Source: a candidate division WOR-3 bacterium
Lineage (GTDB): Bacteria; Hydrothermota; Tepidihabitantia; Tepidihabitantales; CAIPLT01
Assembly: GCA_965649215.1 (NCBI GenBank)
Contig: CBFGJZ010000001.1
Span: forward strand, 73,678 to 129,451
Direction: 5' to 3'
DNA length: 55,774 nucleotides
Every line of letters begins with the position of its first letter. Within the stretch, counting starts at the first letter, position 1. Under the pieces are notes generated by a model that made no database searches, was not told where the DNA came from, and worked only from the letters and a program-made list of their open reading frames with translations. Below are positions 41,168 to 51,068 of the stretch, one piece after another. The translations under genes were made by a program, and so were the position numbers.

Positions 41168-41241
41168 TAAAGTGTTTAAACATAATACAATCACTAACAA
41201 ATAAAGGATAGGTTGAAGTTTAAAGCAGGACAGACATAGAG

Positions 41242-41433
41242 AACAATCTTATTAGTGATTTCACAGGCTATCTAATTGATTATATTTAGGATAATGTATT
41301 GGGTAATAGGTAAGACAATCTGAACAATAACTGATTCGGTTGTGCAATAGGTAATCCTATGGGTGACCCGTCGGATAACCTATGGGATATCCCGGGGGAT
41401 ACCCTAATAGATTATCTCAAATATGACCGAGTG
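41242..41433. repeat. Second degenerate 16 x 12-bp array, related to 10280-10471
   Basis: Units GGCTATCTAATT, GATTATATTTAG, GGTAATCCTATG, GGTGACCCGTCG, GATAACCTATGG, GATATCCCGGGG, GATACCCTAATA, GATTATCTCAAA stay in register. Confidence 0.78.
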
Positions 41434-41518
41434 GGCGAGGGGATGAGATAAGAAATAAATATTACATTACTTGATTCTATACAGATATTATAATTCATTT
41501 AGTATAGCGTACTTGGAA

Positions 41519-41571
41519 AATTATCAATTTCCAATTATCAAGGTTCAATGAATTATCAATATTGGAAACTT
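41519..41571. repeat. 7-bp-period repeat tract (AATTATC-like)
   Basis: AATTATC AATTTCC AATTATC AAGGTTC aatg AATTATC AATATTG. Confidence 0.6.
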
Positions 41572-41615
41572 CGGAGATTACCTTCGTTAACCGACCAATA
41601 ACAACACCACTTATT

Positions 41616-41716
41616 TGTCTTTGCGAGCCCGTAGGGTGTGGCAATCTGAGACTGTAGGGAATAGTTAAACTAATTTGCTTGAGATTGCTTCGTCGCTAAC
41701 ACTCCTCGCAATGACA
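41616..41716. repeat. REP/RPE-like palindromic element
   Basis: Ends TGTCTTTGCGAG / CTCGCAATGACA with inner GCAATCT / AGATTGC pairing. Confidence 0.8.
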
Positions 41717-41751
41717 TGAACGCTTTGATATGAAATCTTCATTATTTTGTT

Positions 41752-41785
41752 ATTAGTGTGATTCGTAAATTAGTGTTATTCGTGG
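41752..41785. repeat. ATT(A/C)GTG short repeat tract
   Basis: ATTAGTGTG ATTCGTAA ATTAGTGTT ATTCGTGG, abutting the nitroreductase stop codon. Confidence 0.7.
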
Positions 41786-42349
41786 TTATTCTTTATTCCA
41801 CTTATCAAAATATGCGATTTGTTCAAGTGGCTTTCGTTTTGCTCCTTTAGCAACGAATTTACTGACCTTGTCAACAACACCTTCTTTTTCAGCGGCATAA
41901 CCCAAAGGGGTTAAAGCAACAACTCTTATCGGATCGGGTATTTCTAAAACTTCTTTAATCATCTTTTCATCAAATGCACCGATCCAGCAGGTTGCGAGTC
42001 CTAAATCAGTAGCAGCCAGTATTAAGTGTTCCATGGCAATTGCGGTGTCAACTAAATAATAATCTTTGCCATTGCGTTGGCCACTATCTTTAGGATTGGC
42101 ACAAGCAACAATGATCACGGGTACTTTACGGAGAAAGAAATTTATATTTAGAGTGAATGGATTTAACTGACCAATTTTCTTAATTTTTTCAGGATCTTGG
42201 ACGACAATAAATCGCCAACATTGACGATTTTGCCACGAGGGCGCAAGACGGGCGGCTTCTAATACTTTTATAATCTTTTCTTGTTCTACAGGTTGAGATG
42301 AAAAATTACGAGTGCTTTTACGATTGTAAATTACTTGCCAAAAATCCAT
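41786..42349 (-). CDS. Nitroreductase family protein
   Basis: RKSTRNF, ARLAPSWQNRQCWRF, LGLATCWIG, LGY. Confidence 0.92.
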   Translation of the reverse strand: MDFWQVIYNRKSTRNFSSQPVEQEKIIKVLEAARLAPSWQNRQCWRFIVVQDPEKIKKIGQLNPFTLNINFFLRKVPVIIVACANPKDSGQRNGKDYYLVDTAIAMEHLILAATDLGLATCWIGAFDEKMIKEVLEIPDPIRVVALTPLGYAAEKEGVVDKVSKFVAKGAKRKPLEQIAYFDKWNKE

Positions 42350-42397
42350 TTTAGTTATTTAATTTTGGTAAGACTTAACCATTGTAATCTTTAATAT

Positions 42398-43195
42398 TTA
42401 TTTGACAATCATCCCAATCCGTGACCATTGAATGTCTCGGGGACTTAAGATAATACGAGCAATATTAGGGGCAGCACTGGATGAGAAATAGATGACCATA
42501 GGTTTGCCTTTGACATATTTTAAAGGAATCGGACCGAAAAAACGACCATCAGATGAGTTATCCCGATTATCGCCTAAACCAAAGACAGTGCCGGGCGGTA
42601 CGACAACCGGTCCGAAATTATCTCGGAAATAGTAATTATCCGGTCGCTCCAGAAATCTTCCGCTTTCCCATTCGGCTTGATAATCATTAGGGGGATAACT
42701 GACCGGAGGAAATATTCTTCGGTCAATGTGTTGAATATAGGGTTCGTAGAGTAGTTTACCATTGACATAGACTTTTTTATTGATAATTTGCACCGTATCA
42801 CCAGCCACGGCAATACAGCGTTTGACAAAATTGCGGGGCATATACCAAGTGAAGAAGTTTTTTGACTTATTCCAATAAATCGGAAGCAAAGTTAACTGTT
42901 TGGGAAAGATACGGACATAATTTTGGGCGGGTTCAGGACTATCAGGGTCAAGATGATAACGAAAGACAATAATGTCACCCCTTTTGGGTTGTTTAAAATT
43001 AATCAGGGTCTTGCCGACAAAAGGAAGTTTGATACCATAGATGAATTTATTAACCAAGAGAAAGTCGCCGGTCATAATGGTTGATTCCATAGAAGGGGTT
43101 GGAACTAAAAATGCTTCCACGACAAAAGCCCGCAGGATTAAGACAATTATGATCACGGGTAGCCAAGATACGATAAATCGCCAGATTGCCTTCAT
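42398..43195 (-). CDS. lepB: Signal peptidase I
   Basis: PSMEST catalytic Ser, RGDIIVF, FVKR catalytic Lys, GDNRDNSSDGR. Confidence 0.93.
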   Translation of the reverse strand: MKAIWRFIVSWLPVIIIVLILRAFVVEAFLVPTPSMESTIMTGDFLLVNKFIYGIKLPFVGKTLINFKQPKRGDIIVFRYHLDPDSPEPAQNYVRIFPKQLTLLPIYWNKSKNFFTWYMPRNFVKRCIAVAGDTVQIINKKVYVNGKLLYEPYIQHIDRRIFPPVSYPPNDYQAEWESGRFLERPDNYYFRDNFGPVVVPPGTVFGLGDNRDNSSDGRFFGPIPLKYVKGKPMVIYFSSSAAPNIARIILSPRDIQWSRIGMIVK

Positions 43196-43201
43196 ATATT
43201 G

Positions 43202-43229
43202 ATTATAACACTGATTTGTAATTAATCAA
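43202..43229 (-). promoter_or_regulatory. sigma70-type promoter for lepB (leaderless)
   Basis: TTGATT-16bp-(TGt)TATAAT, 6 nt before the ATG. Confidence 0.7.
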
Positions 43230-43240
43230 GTTAAATTGCT

Positions 43241-44395
43241 TTAGAATAATTTACCCCGCAAGAGTTCACGAGCAATGACTAAGCGTTGGATTTCATTTGT
43301 GCCTTCATAGATTTGTGTGATTTTAGCATCGCGCATCATTTTTTCAACTGGATAATCTTTCATATAACCATATCCACCAAATAATTGAACCGCTTCTGTT
43401 GTGACATACATTGCTACATCAGACGCAAAAAACTTTGCCATTGAAGAGAAGCCAGCAATATCCTTTGCACCTGAATCCGCATGTCGAGCAGCAGCATAAA
43501 CCAAAGCACGGGCGGCTTCAATTTTAGTTGCCATTTCGGCAAGTCGGAATTGAATGCCTTCTAATGACGAAAGGGGAGCACCAAATTGCACTCGTTTTGA
43601 AGTGTAATCTGTGGCTGCTTCAAGTGCGCCTTGGGCAATTCCCAATGCTTGGGCACCGACGCCCGGCCGAGTGCGATCAAAAGTACGCATTGCAGTGATA
43701 AAACCCGTACCTTCAGGACCAATTCTATTTTCAGCGGGAATCCGACAGTCTTGGAAGATTAATTCGGCAGTTACTGAAGCACGAATGCCAAGTTTATTTT
43801 CGTGTTTACCAAAAGTAAAGCCCGGTGTCCCTTTTTCCACAATAAAAGCAGAGAGTCCACGACCACCACGAGACGGATCAGTGGAAGCAATGATGGTATA
43901 AAGATGCGCAACTTCACCATTGGTGATAAAACATTTATTGCCATTTAAGATGTAAGAGTTGCCATCTTTAACCGCAGTAGTTTGAATGCTGGATGCATCA
44001 GAACCAGCATTTGGTTCAGTTAAACCAAATGCACCGATCCATTCACCAGATGCCATTTTCGGTAAGATTTTCTTCTTTTGTTCTTCCGAGGCAGAAAGGA
44101 TAATGGGATAAGCGGCTAAACCATTGGCAGCATAACAAACACCAACACCACCGCAAACCCGAGAGATTTCTTCAACGACCAGACACATTTCAAAAACACC
44201 GCCGCCAGCGCCACCATATTGTTCAGGAATATAAATGCCCAAAAGGCCGGCTTTGGAAAATTCTTTCATAATTTCATAAGGAAATTCACCTTTTTCATCT
44301 AATTCTTGCCTCACTGGTTTGACTAACTCTTCAGCCAGTTTACGCGATAATTTTTTTATTTCCATTTGTTCTTCGGTTAAAAAATAATTCATCAT
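43241..44395 (-). CDS. Acyl-CoA dehydrogenase (short/branched chain)
   Basis: FGLTEPNAGSD, KCFITNG, QLFGGYGY, IYEGTNEIQR. Confidence 0.93.
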   Translation of the reverse strand: MMNYFLTEEQMEIKKLSRKLAEELVKPVRQELDEKGEFPYEIMKEFSKAGLLGIYIPEQYGGAGGGVFEMCLVVEEISRVCGGVGVCYAANGLAAYPIILSASEEQKKKILPKMASGEWIGAFGLTEPNAGSDASSIQTTAVKDGNSYILNGNKCFITNGEVAHLYTIIASTDPSRGGRGLSAFIVEKGTPGFTFGKHENKLGIRASVTAELIFQDCRIPAENRIGPEGTGFITAMRTFDRTRPGVGAQALGIAQGALEAATDYTSKRVQFGAPLSSLEGIQFRLAEMATKIEAARALVYAAARHADSGAKDIAGFSSMAKFFASDVAMYVTTEAVQLFGGYGYMKDYPVEKMMRDAKITQIYEGTNEIQRLVIARELLRGKLF

Positions 44396-44485
44396 ATTGG
44401 CTCCTTTTTAATATTTTCATCAATACTTAACAACACCGAAAGGTTTAATCGTCTTGGTGTTGTGATGTCTTTATGGTACTGATTT

Positions 44486-44998
44486 TTATAAATCATATTT
44501 TTGAGTAATTTTTTGGTAAACTTTTTCTAAAATGTGCTTAAGTTTTTGAGCAGTTTTATGATATGCAGTCAACCCTTTGCCCAATGGGTCACTAATACCA
44601 TTTTTACCCTGTTGAATATATTCAGTGATAAGGTAGGTTTTATTGTTTGCAGTTGGGTCAAGCGATAAAACCATATCTTTATGCTTAGCTTCCATCGTCA
44701 AAACTAAATCAGCTTTTTTAATAAGTTTTTTATTAAGAGCTATAGCACGGTGTTTGGTTAGATCAATATCATATTGATGCATAGTTTTTACTGCTTCAGC
44801 GCTTGGTAAATTTCCATTAATGGCATTTGTACCACAAGATAGAGTTTTAATAAGTTTAGGTGTCTTGTTGTGTTCGTTGATAATTTTATCCATCAGTGCT
44901 TTTGCCATCGGACTGCGACAGGTATTGCCACTACAGACAAAAAGAATTGTGAATACTCTTTTTTTAGTCTTTGCTTTATAAGCCGTGGTAGCTTTCAT
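44486..44998 (-). CDS. Low-molecular-weight protein phosphatase (YwlE/PtpA-like)
   Basis: FVCSGNTCRSPMA (CX5R); ISDP. Confidence 0.9.
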   Translation of the reverse strand: MKATTAYKAKTKKRVFTILFVCSGNTCRSPMAKALMDKIINEHNKTPKLIKTLSCGTNAINGNLPSAEAVKTMHQYDIDLTKHRAIALNKKLIKKADLVLTMEAKHKDMVLSLDPTANNKTYLITEYIQQGKNGISDPLGKGLTAYHKTAQKLKHILEKVYQKITQKYDL

Positions 44999-46236
44999 TT
45001 TTTGCCAATGTCAGTTCGATAGTAAATATTATCAAAGGTGATATTTTTTAGTTTCTGATAAGCTAAAGTGTAAGCTTGGGATAAACTTTCAGCAATTGCC
45101 GTGACCGCTAAAACTCGACCACCAGCCGTATAAAATTGATCGTTTTCCTTTTTTGTACCGCAATGAAAGATAATTGTCTTTTCATTATCACTTAAATCAC
45201 CACTTATCAGTTTGTTAATCTCATATTTATCAGGATAACCACCTGACGCAGCAATGACCGTTAGAGCATATTGAGAATGCCAGTTGAGCGTTTTAAGTTC
45301 ACCATCAATGGTTTGATAACAGAGATCAATGAGATCGTCTTTAAGCAGGGGAAGCAGTACTTCGGCTTCCGGATCGCCCCACCGGCAATTAAATTCTAAG
45401 ACATAAAAATTATTATTAGTTAACATTAAACCAGCATAAAGAATACCTTTATACTCAATGTTTTCTTTATGCAATGCTTTTAAGAGCGGATTAAACAATT
45501 TATTTTGGACATTATTAATGAATTCTTGAGTGAGACTGGGGATGGGTGCATAAGAACCCATGCCACCCGTATTCGGTCCTTGGTTATCATTTAATAATGG
45601 TTTATGGTCACGAGCCGGAAGCATTGGAATAATCGTATTGCCGTCACAAAAAGCAAGCATTGAGACTTCTTCGCCAATTAAATAATCTTCAATCACAATG
45701 GTTGCACCCGAAGGTCCGAATTCTTTTTTCTCAAGAATCCGTTCCACAGTTTCAAATGCGTGAGCTTGGTTTTGACAGATAATGGCACCTTTACCAGCGG
45801 CTAAGCCATCAACTTTTATGACAATCGGAAAGCTCTTGGTTTTAAGATAAGCTTTGGCTTTTTGAGAATCAGTAAACTTTTCATAACCAGGAGCGGGTAG
45901 ATTATATTTTTGACAAAAGTCCCGTGCAAATGCTTTTGATGTTTCCAACCGAGCGGCGTGTTGGTTAGGTCCAAAGATCGCTATTTTGTGTTTTGTAAAT
46001 TCATCCACAATACCAAGTGCAAGCGGTAATTCAGGTCCGACAATTGTTAAGTCAATCTTTTCTTTTTTAGCAAATTCAACCAAAGCAGATATCTGATCAA
46101 CTTTAATCGCTACGACCTTTGTAATTTGCGAGATGCCACCATTAGCCGGTGCACAATAGATGTCGCAGTTGGATTGTTTTAGTTTCCAACATAAAGCGTG
46201 TTCTCGACCACCGCTACCAATTACTAAGACTTTCAT
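44995..46236 (-). CDS. purD: Phosphoribosylamine-glycine ligase
   Basis: GSGGREHAL, GLAAGKG, GPNTGGMG, EFNCRWGDPE, GGRVL. Confidence 0.96.
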   Translation of the reverse strand: MKVLVIGSGGREHALCWKLKQSNCDIYCAPANGGISQITKVVAIKVDQISALVEFAKKEKIDLTIVGPELPLALGIVDEFTKHKIAIFGPNQHAARLETSKAFARDFCQKYNLPAPGYEKFTDSQKAKAYLKTKSFPIVIKVDGLAAGKGAIICQNQAHAFETVERILEKKEFGPSGATIVIEDYLIGEEVSMLAFCDGNTIIPMLPARDHKPLLNDNQGPNTGGMGSYAPIPSLTQEFINNVQNKLFNPLLKALHKENIEYKGILYAGLMLTNNNFYVLEFNCRWGDPEAEVLLPLLKDDLIDLCYQTIDGELKTLNWHSQYALTVIAASGGYPDKYEINKLISGDLSDNEKTIIFHCGTKKENDQFYTAGGRVLAVTAIAESLSQAYTLAYQKLKNITFDNIYYRTDIGKK

Positions 46237-46258
46237 AAATCAAAATATTTAGTGCCTT

Positions 46259-47311
46259 TCATTTCGGACTTCTTTTTAATTCATAATATTTAAACCCTTT
46301 GAGCCGATGCCAATCTTTGGGCGACTTAAAGTAAGTGCGGATTTCATCAAATTCCTGAGTAGTAAGATAAGTGAGTTTACGGGGAATCGTTTTTGATAGG
46401 GCATCTTTGAGATTTGTTAAAGAGAAGAGTTCGACTCCTTGTTCTCGTAAGATTTGGGTGCTATTTTGCTGACGGTCAAAGATAACAAAGCATTTATCAA
46501 CTTTACCACCCAACCTACGAATTTCTTCAAAGACCCGGGTTTTGGTCCAACCCGCGACAATAGTATCATCAACGACCAGAACATTTTTATGAAGCAATGA
46601 TGATGGATTGATGCCTTCGAGTAGGGGTGCTTCAGGATAACGTTTTTCACGACGGGCAAAAAACATTGGTTTGGAAAACTTATGCGCAATCAGATTAGCC
46701 AAAGTAATACTACCTGCTTCAATACCGCAGATTAAGTCAAATTCAACATTTTCCAAGAGCAAAACTGAAGTAGCAATGATAAAATCATAGACACTGGGAT
46801 AAGCGGGGAGAACTTTCATATCAATGTAGATAGGACTATAATTTTTTCGTTCATCAACTTTGAAATAGGGTTTGATATCACCAAGACTGACTTTAATCGC
46901 ACCAATCTGCCATAACAAAGCTGCAATGATTTGGGAAAAATTGCCTTTTAAGTTTTTTAAGGTTGTTAAATCAGGTATAATCTGACGTTGGTCTCGTAGC
47001 AAGCGAAAGAGTTTTTGGGCTTCTTCATAATTGGTCGCTTGAAATGAAAAATTGGTTGCATCTAAATCAAAGACGATATTAAAAAAGACCGGGGCTTTTT
47101 TATGTTTTAAGAAGGGATAGATTTGAGCATTGGCTTCAACTTTGCATTTACCAAGACTTTTTAAGTCAGGATTAATCTTTTTTCGATAAACTGAAAATGT
47201 GCTTTGCACTAAATCTTTTATTTCACTAGTCTCAAAGATCAACGGGGTTGAGAATTGGACAATATTCTTATTAATTTCAATTTCCGAAATTGGGACTTGT
47301 TCTAATTGCAT
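46259..47311 (-). CDS. pyrE: Orotate phosphoribosyltransferase-like protein with N-terminal extension
   Basis: SPIYIDMK, GIEAGSI, VLVVDDTIVAG PRPP loop, VIFDRQ. Confidence 0.7.
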   Translation of the reverse strand: MQLEQVPISEIEINKNIVQFSTPLIFETSEIKDLVQSTFSVYRKKINPDLKSLGKCKVEANAQIYPFLKHKKAPVFFNIVFDLDATNFSFQATNYEEAQKLFRLLRDQRQIIPDLTTLKNLKGNFSQIIAALLWQIGAIKVSLGDIKPYFKVDERKNYSPIYIDMKVLPAYPSVYDFIIATSVLLLENVEFDLICGIEAGSITLANLIAHKFSKPMFFARREKRYPEAPLLEGINPSSLLHKNVLVVDDTIVAGWTKTRVFEEIRRLGGKVDKCFVIFDRQQNSTQILREQGVELFSLTNLKDALSKTIPRKLTYLTTQEFDEIRTYFKSPKDWHRLKGFKYYELKRSPK

Positions 47312-47314
47312 AAT

Positions 47315-47968
47315 TTAAATGATACTTATCTTACTCCCATAAGCCATTAAATCTTTTAAGATTTGATACATAAGCTTAATTTTGTGATTTAAGGCTTGCG
47401 GGGTTTGGTTGTTATGAATAATAAAATCGGCAGTTTTTGCCATTTCTTTTTCGCTTAATTGGTTTTGTAATCGACTTTTGGTAACCGACGGTGGATAACC
47501 GCGTTTTTTCATTCGCGTAATTTTTGCCTGACGGGGAGCAGATACTAAAATCCTAACATCCACAGGAATTTTCTTGCCCCAATAAAAGAGTAAAGCCGCA
47601 TCCAAGATTTTTATGGGTGTTTTCTTATCAGTTAAGCGTTTTCGTAATGAGTTAATCAAAGCAGGTTGGATAATTCGATTGAGTAAGTCGAGTTGCTTTT
47701 TATCATTAAAGACAATATGGGCAAGTTTTTTACGGTCGATCTGACCACTGGTAGTGATGATATCTTTACCAAAGTGTCTAATCAATTTTTGATAGATTTT
47801 ACTCTGTGGTTCATATAATTGCCAAGCAATTTGGTCAGCATCAATAAGTTCTGCGGAATAACCATTTTGATTAAAGAGTTTCAGTAATTTTTTTGCGATC
47901 ATAGTTTTACCAGCACCAATCTGACCACCAATACCAATGCGTAAGAATTTTGTAGAAGGGGGGGTCAA
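47315..47968 (-). CDS. coaE: Dephospho-CoA kinase
   Basis: GIGGQIGAGKT, IDAD, IDRKKLAHIVF, DAALL. Confidence 0.92.
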   Translation of the reverse strand: MTPPSTKFLRIGIGGQIGAGKTMIAKKLLKLFNQNGYSAELIDADQIAWQLYEPQSKIYQKLIRHFGKDIITTSGQIDRKKLAHIVFNDKKQLDLLNRIIQPALINSLRKRLTDKKTPIKILDAALLFYWGKKIPVDVRILVSAPRQAKITRMKKRGYPPSVTKSRLQNQLSEKEMAKTADFIIHNNQTPQALNHKIKLMYQILKDLMAYGSKISII

Positions 47969-47983
47969 TTTTAAGAGTTGATG

Positions 47984-49228
47984 TTATGGTTGAAATTGCT
48001 TCACTAAAAGGCAGGTGTTATGGCCACCAAAACCGAGTGAATTTGAGAGTGCAGCACGAATTGTAATTGATCGTGCACCTTCCGGTACATAATCTAAATC
48101 AAGTTCGGGGTCAGGATTGTCATAATTAATAGTGGGATGGATTTTTTGTTCTTTGACCGATAAGGATAAGACCACAAATTCAATTGCACCTGCGGCTCCC
48201 AATGAATGACCAATCATTGATTTGGTAGAATTGACCGGAATTTGTTTTGCTCGTTCCCCAAAGAGTTTTTTAATAGCTTGGGTTTCGGTTAAATCGTTTA
48301 AGTCGGTTGAAGTGCCGTGAGCATTAATGTAGTCAATGTCTTGAAGATTAAGTCCTGCTTCATTAATTGCATTACGCATTGCTTCATAAGCACCGGCTCC
48401 CTCAGGTGCGGGCGCAGTGATATGATAACCATCGCCAGTTATGCCGTAACCAACAATTTCACAATAGATTTTGGCATTGCGTTTCAAAGCATGTTCTAAT
48501 TCCTCTAAAATAACAATGCCACAACCCTCGGCAATGACAAAACCATCGCGGTCTTTACAGAATGGTCGAGAGGCCTTTTCGGGGGCATCATTGCGTTTAC
48601 TTAAAGCACCCATATTAGCAAAACCAGCAATGCAATAAGCGGAAATTGGAGCTTCACTACCACCGGTGATAATAATATCGGCATCGCCATTTTGAATATG
48701 CCGAAAACTATTGCCAATGGCATGAGCACCTGAAGCACAAGCTGAAGTTGTACAGTAATTGGGCCCGCGTAAGCCATAATATATTGAAATATTACCTGAT
48801 GCGATATCAGGAATCATCATCGGAATCAATAACGGCGAAACGCGATTTGGACCTTTGGTAAGATAGATTTCGTGCTGTTTTTCCCAAGTTTCAATACCAC
48901 CCATCCCAGAGCCGATAATCACGCCAACACGATTCTTATCCTCGAGTTCAAAATTCAACTGGGCATCAGTCACAGCATCAACACTTGCCCACATTGCAAA
49001 TTGGGTAAAGCGGTCATAACGGCGAATGAGTTTAGCATCGAACTTACGGCTGGCGTCAAAATCTTTTACTTCCCCTGCAAACTGCACAGGGAGGGGAGAT
49101 GGATCAAAACGACTAATCCGACTGATGCCTGATTTTCCCGCTAAGAGATTCTGCCAAAAAGTATTGATATCGGTTCCTAAACAGGTAACACAACCGAGAC
49201 CCGTAACTACAACCCGTCGCTTAGCCAT
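47984..49228 (-). CDS. fabF: Beta-ketoacyl-ACP synthase II
   Basis: RRVVVTGLG, SACASG, NAHGTST, GHSLGAAG, SNSLGFGG. Confidence 0.96.
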   Translation of the reverse strand: MAKRRVVVTGLGCVTCLGTDINTFWQNLLAGKSGISRISRFDPSPLPVQFAGEVKDFDASRKFDAKLIRRYDRFTQFAMWASVDAVTDAQLNFELEDKNRVGVIIGSGMGGIETWEKQHEIYLTKGPNRVSPLLIPMMIPDIASGNISIYYGLRGPNYCTTSACASGAHAIGNSFRHIQNGDADIIITGGSEAPISAYCIAGFANMGALSKRNDAPEKASRPFCKDRDGFVIAEGCGIVILEELEHALKRNAKIYCEIVGYGITGDGYHITAPAPEGAGAYEAMRNAINEAGLNLQDIDYINAHGTSTDLNDLTETQAIKKLFGERAKQIPVNSTKSMIGHSLGAAGAIEFVVLSLSVKEQKIHPTINYDNPDPELDLDYVPEGARSITIRAALSNSLGFGGHNTCLLVKQFQP

Positions 49229-49250
49229 AATTAAATGTCGGATAAAAGGC

Positions 49251-49496
49251 TTATTTCGGTTTTTGGGCGATTTTTTCTTCTAAGTATTTAATTGCATCAG
49301 AAACCTTGGTAATTTTGGCTGAGTCTTCATCAGGAATTTGAACACCAAATTTCTCTTCGAAAGCCATCACCAATTCGACAATATCTAATGAATCAGCACC
49401 CAGATCTTCTACAAATGACGCATCATCGGTCACTTTTTCTGGGGTGACATGTAGTTGTTCAATAATAATATTTTTTACATCATCTGCTAATGCCAT
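49251..49496 (-). CDS. acpP: Acyl carrier protein
   Basis: [21 protein letters not shown] 49496 behind GGAGG. Confidence 0.96.
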   Translation of the reverse strand: MALADDVKNIIIEQLHVTPEKVTDDASFVEDLGADSLDIVELVMAFEEKFGVQIPDEDSAKITKVSDAIKYLEEKIAQKPK

Positions 49497-49551
49497 GTTG
49501 CCTCCTGACATTAAGATTTATTAGTTTATTTAACATAAACTTATTTTCAGT

Positions 49552-49579
49552 ATTGTACTGATGCAACGAATAAAGTCAA
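49552..49579 (-). promoter_or_regulatory. sigma70-type promoter of the acpP-fabF operon
   Basis: TTGACT-16bp-TACAAT. Confidence 0.65.
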
Positions 49580-49848
49580 GAGCTAATTTTATAATTGTTA
49601 CATACCATTACGGTAAAATTGATTATTAATTTCTTTGATTTTTAATAAAATATCAATTTTATGAGTAACTTAAATGAGAGCAAAAAGTATTTGGTACTTA
49701 TTAAAGATTATCTTTATAAACTTCGTAAACCCGATAGAGGGGGCTATACTCCTACCTCAAAGGTTTTTAACTGTTAATTATTGAATGAGAGAGAGATAGG
49801 GGAAAAATAAGAAAAAAATGAGTGTTAGTTATAATTAACACGGGGCTT

Positions 49849-51015
49849 TTATTGTGAATATAGTTTACGAATGAGTTTTTCTTGCTCGATACTTAATTGA
49901 ACATTGCGACGGGATGCGACATAACGCGCAGTGGTAATGGCTTTTTCTATCTGCCAGCGCCTGTTTTTATTCCAATGGAAATTTGGTAGGTTTTGGGCTG
50001 AACTCAGCATATTAGCAAAAATACCAATTATTGCACCCGTGGGAATCATTGTACCGATCGCAGTTTTTGTATGATCGCCAATAAAACAGCCGACTTTGAT
50101 GAGATTAGTATCAATTTTTTTATTGCCAATTTTTATTTTCACAGTTGAATAATTGTTTTTTAAGTCAGAATTAGTAGTACCCGCTCCAAGATTTACCCAT
50201 TCGCCAATATAGGAATGTCCAATAAAACCATAATGTTGTTTGTTAACAAAACCATGCAAGATTGATGATTCTACTTCTCCCGAAATCCGACAGTGTTGAC
50301 CAATGGTACTACCGCCGCTGATTTTGGCTTGGTCGAGTAGGGAATGCTTGCCAATATACGCGGGGCCAATGATTTTTGTTTGGGCAAGGATTTTAGCATG
50401 GTCATCAATATAGATGGGACCAGCACGGGTATCTAAAATAACATTGGCTTCAATTTCAGTTTCATTGCCCAGATAGAGATTTGAGATATTGCCAATGAGT
50501 ATGGCATGAGGGCTAAATTTACCTTGCATATCTGGTTTTTCAAAATCGGCTTTGAGTTCCTGGGCATTGTGTTCAAGTAAGTCCCAGAGATAGTTTATGA
50601 CAATCGCATTGACTTTTCTTTGCGGTAATTTCAAAGCCCGAATGGTTTTGGTGTTGATAGCTGGTTTTTTTATTCGGGATGGTTTTAGAGCAAAGCCGAC
50701 AATATCATTGTTTTCATTGACAAAGATTTCTTCTTGTGTGGTTGGATTGATTTTTTGTTTAAGGATTGCTCGAGCAGAAATAAAAAGGGAGAGTTTTTCG
50801 GATTGGTTGATTTGATTTATTTCAGCATACGGATATTTTTCTTTAATAACATCTTGTAAGATTGGGCGGGCTATAAAATTTATATGCTGGTCAAAATAGA
50901 GTCTTTTTATCTTTTGATAGAGCGTTAAGCGGCCACAGTATAAATCAAATACCCCTCGTAAATAGACTAATGGTAAGAGATTGGTATAGAGTTCGTCTTC
51001 ATAGAGATAAAGCAT
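49849..51015 (-). CDS. GlmU-like putative sugar nucleotidyltransferase with hexapeptide repeats
   Basis: LLPLVYLRGVFDLYCG, GPIYI, GGSTIG, GFIGHSYIGEWVNLGAGTTNSDLKNNY. Confidence 0.85.
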   Translation of the reverse strand: MLYLYEDELYTNLLPLVYLRGVFDLYCGRLTLYQKIKRLYFDQHINFIARPILQDVIKEKYPYAEINQINQSEKLSLFISARAILKQKINPTTQEEIFVNENNDIVGFALKPSRIKKPAINTKTIRALKLPQRKVNAIVINYLWDLLEHNAQELKADFEKPDMQGKFSPHAILIGNISNLYLGNETEIEANVILDTRAGPIYIDDHAKILAQTKIIGPAYIGKHSLLDQAKISGGSTIGQHCRISGEVESSILHGFVNKQHYGFIGHSYIGEWVNLGAGTTNSDLKNNYSTVKIKIGNKKIDTNLIKVGCFIGDHTKTAIGTMIPTGAIIGIFANMLSSAQNLPNFHWNKNRRWQIEKAITTARYVASRRNVQLSIEQEKLIRKLYSQ

Positions 51016-51021
51016 GATTAT

Positions 51022-51049
51022 AGATTAATTGGAAAAGAATAAATGTCAA
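51022..51049 (-). promoter_or_regulatory. sigma70-type promoter (leaderless)
   Basis: TTGACA-16bp-TAATCT, 6 nt before the ATG. Confidence 0.6.
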
Positions 51050-51068
51050 GAAGCATGCAGTTGTACTT

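Noticed and set aside
10280-41433. 12-bp arrays as CRISPR arrays
   Set aside because: The period is far too short, there is no constant 23-50-bp repeat with unique spacers, and no cas genes are present.
49730-49760. GC-rich patch downstream of the glmU-like gene as an ncRNA or terminator
   Set aside because: Imperfect pairing and no recognizable family.
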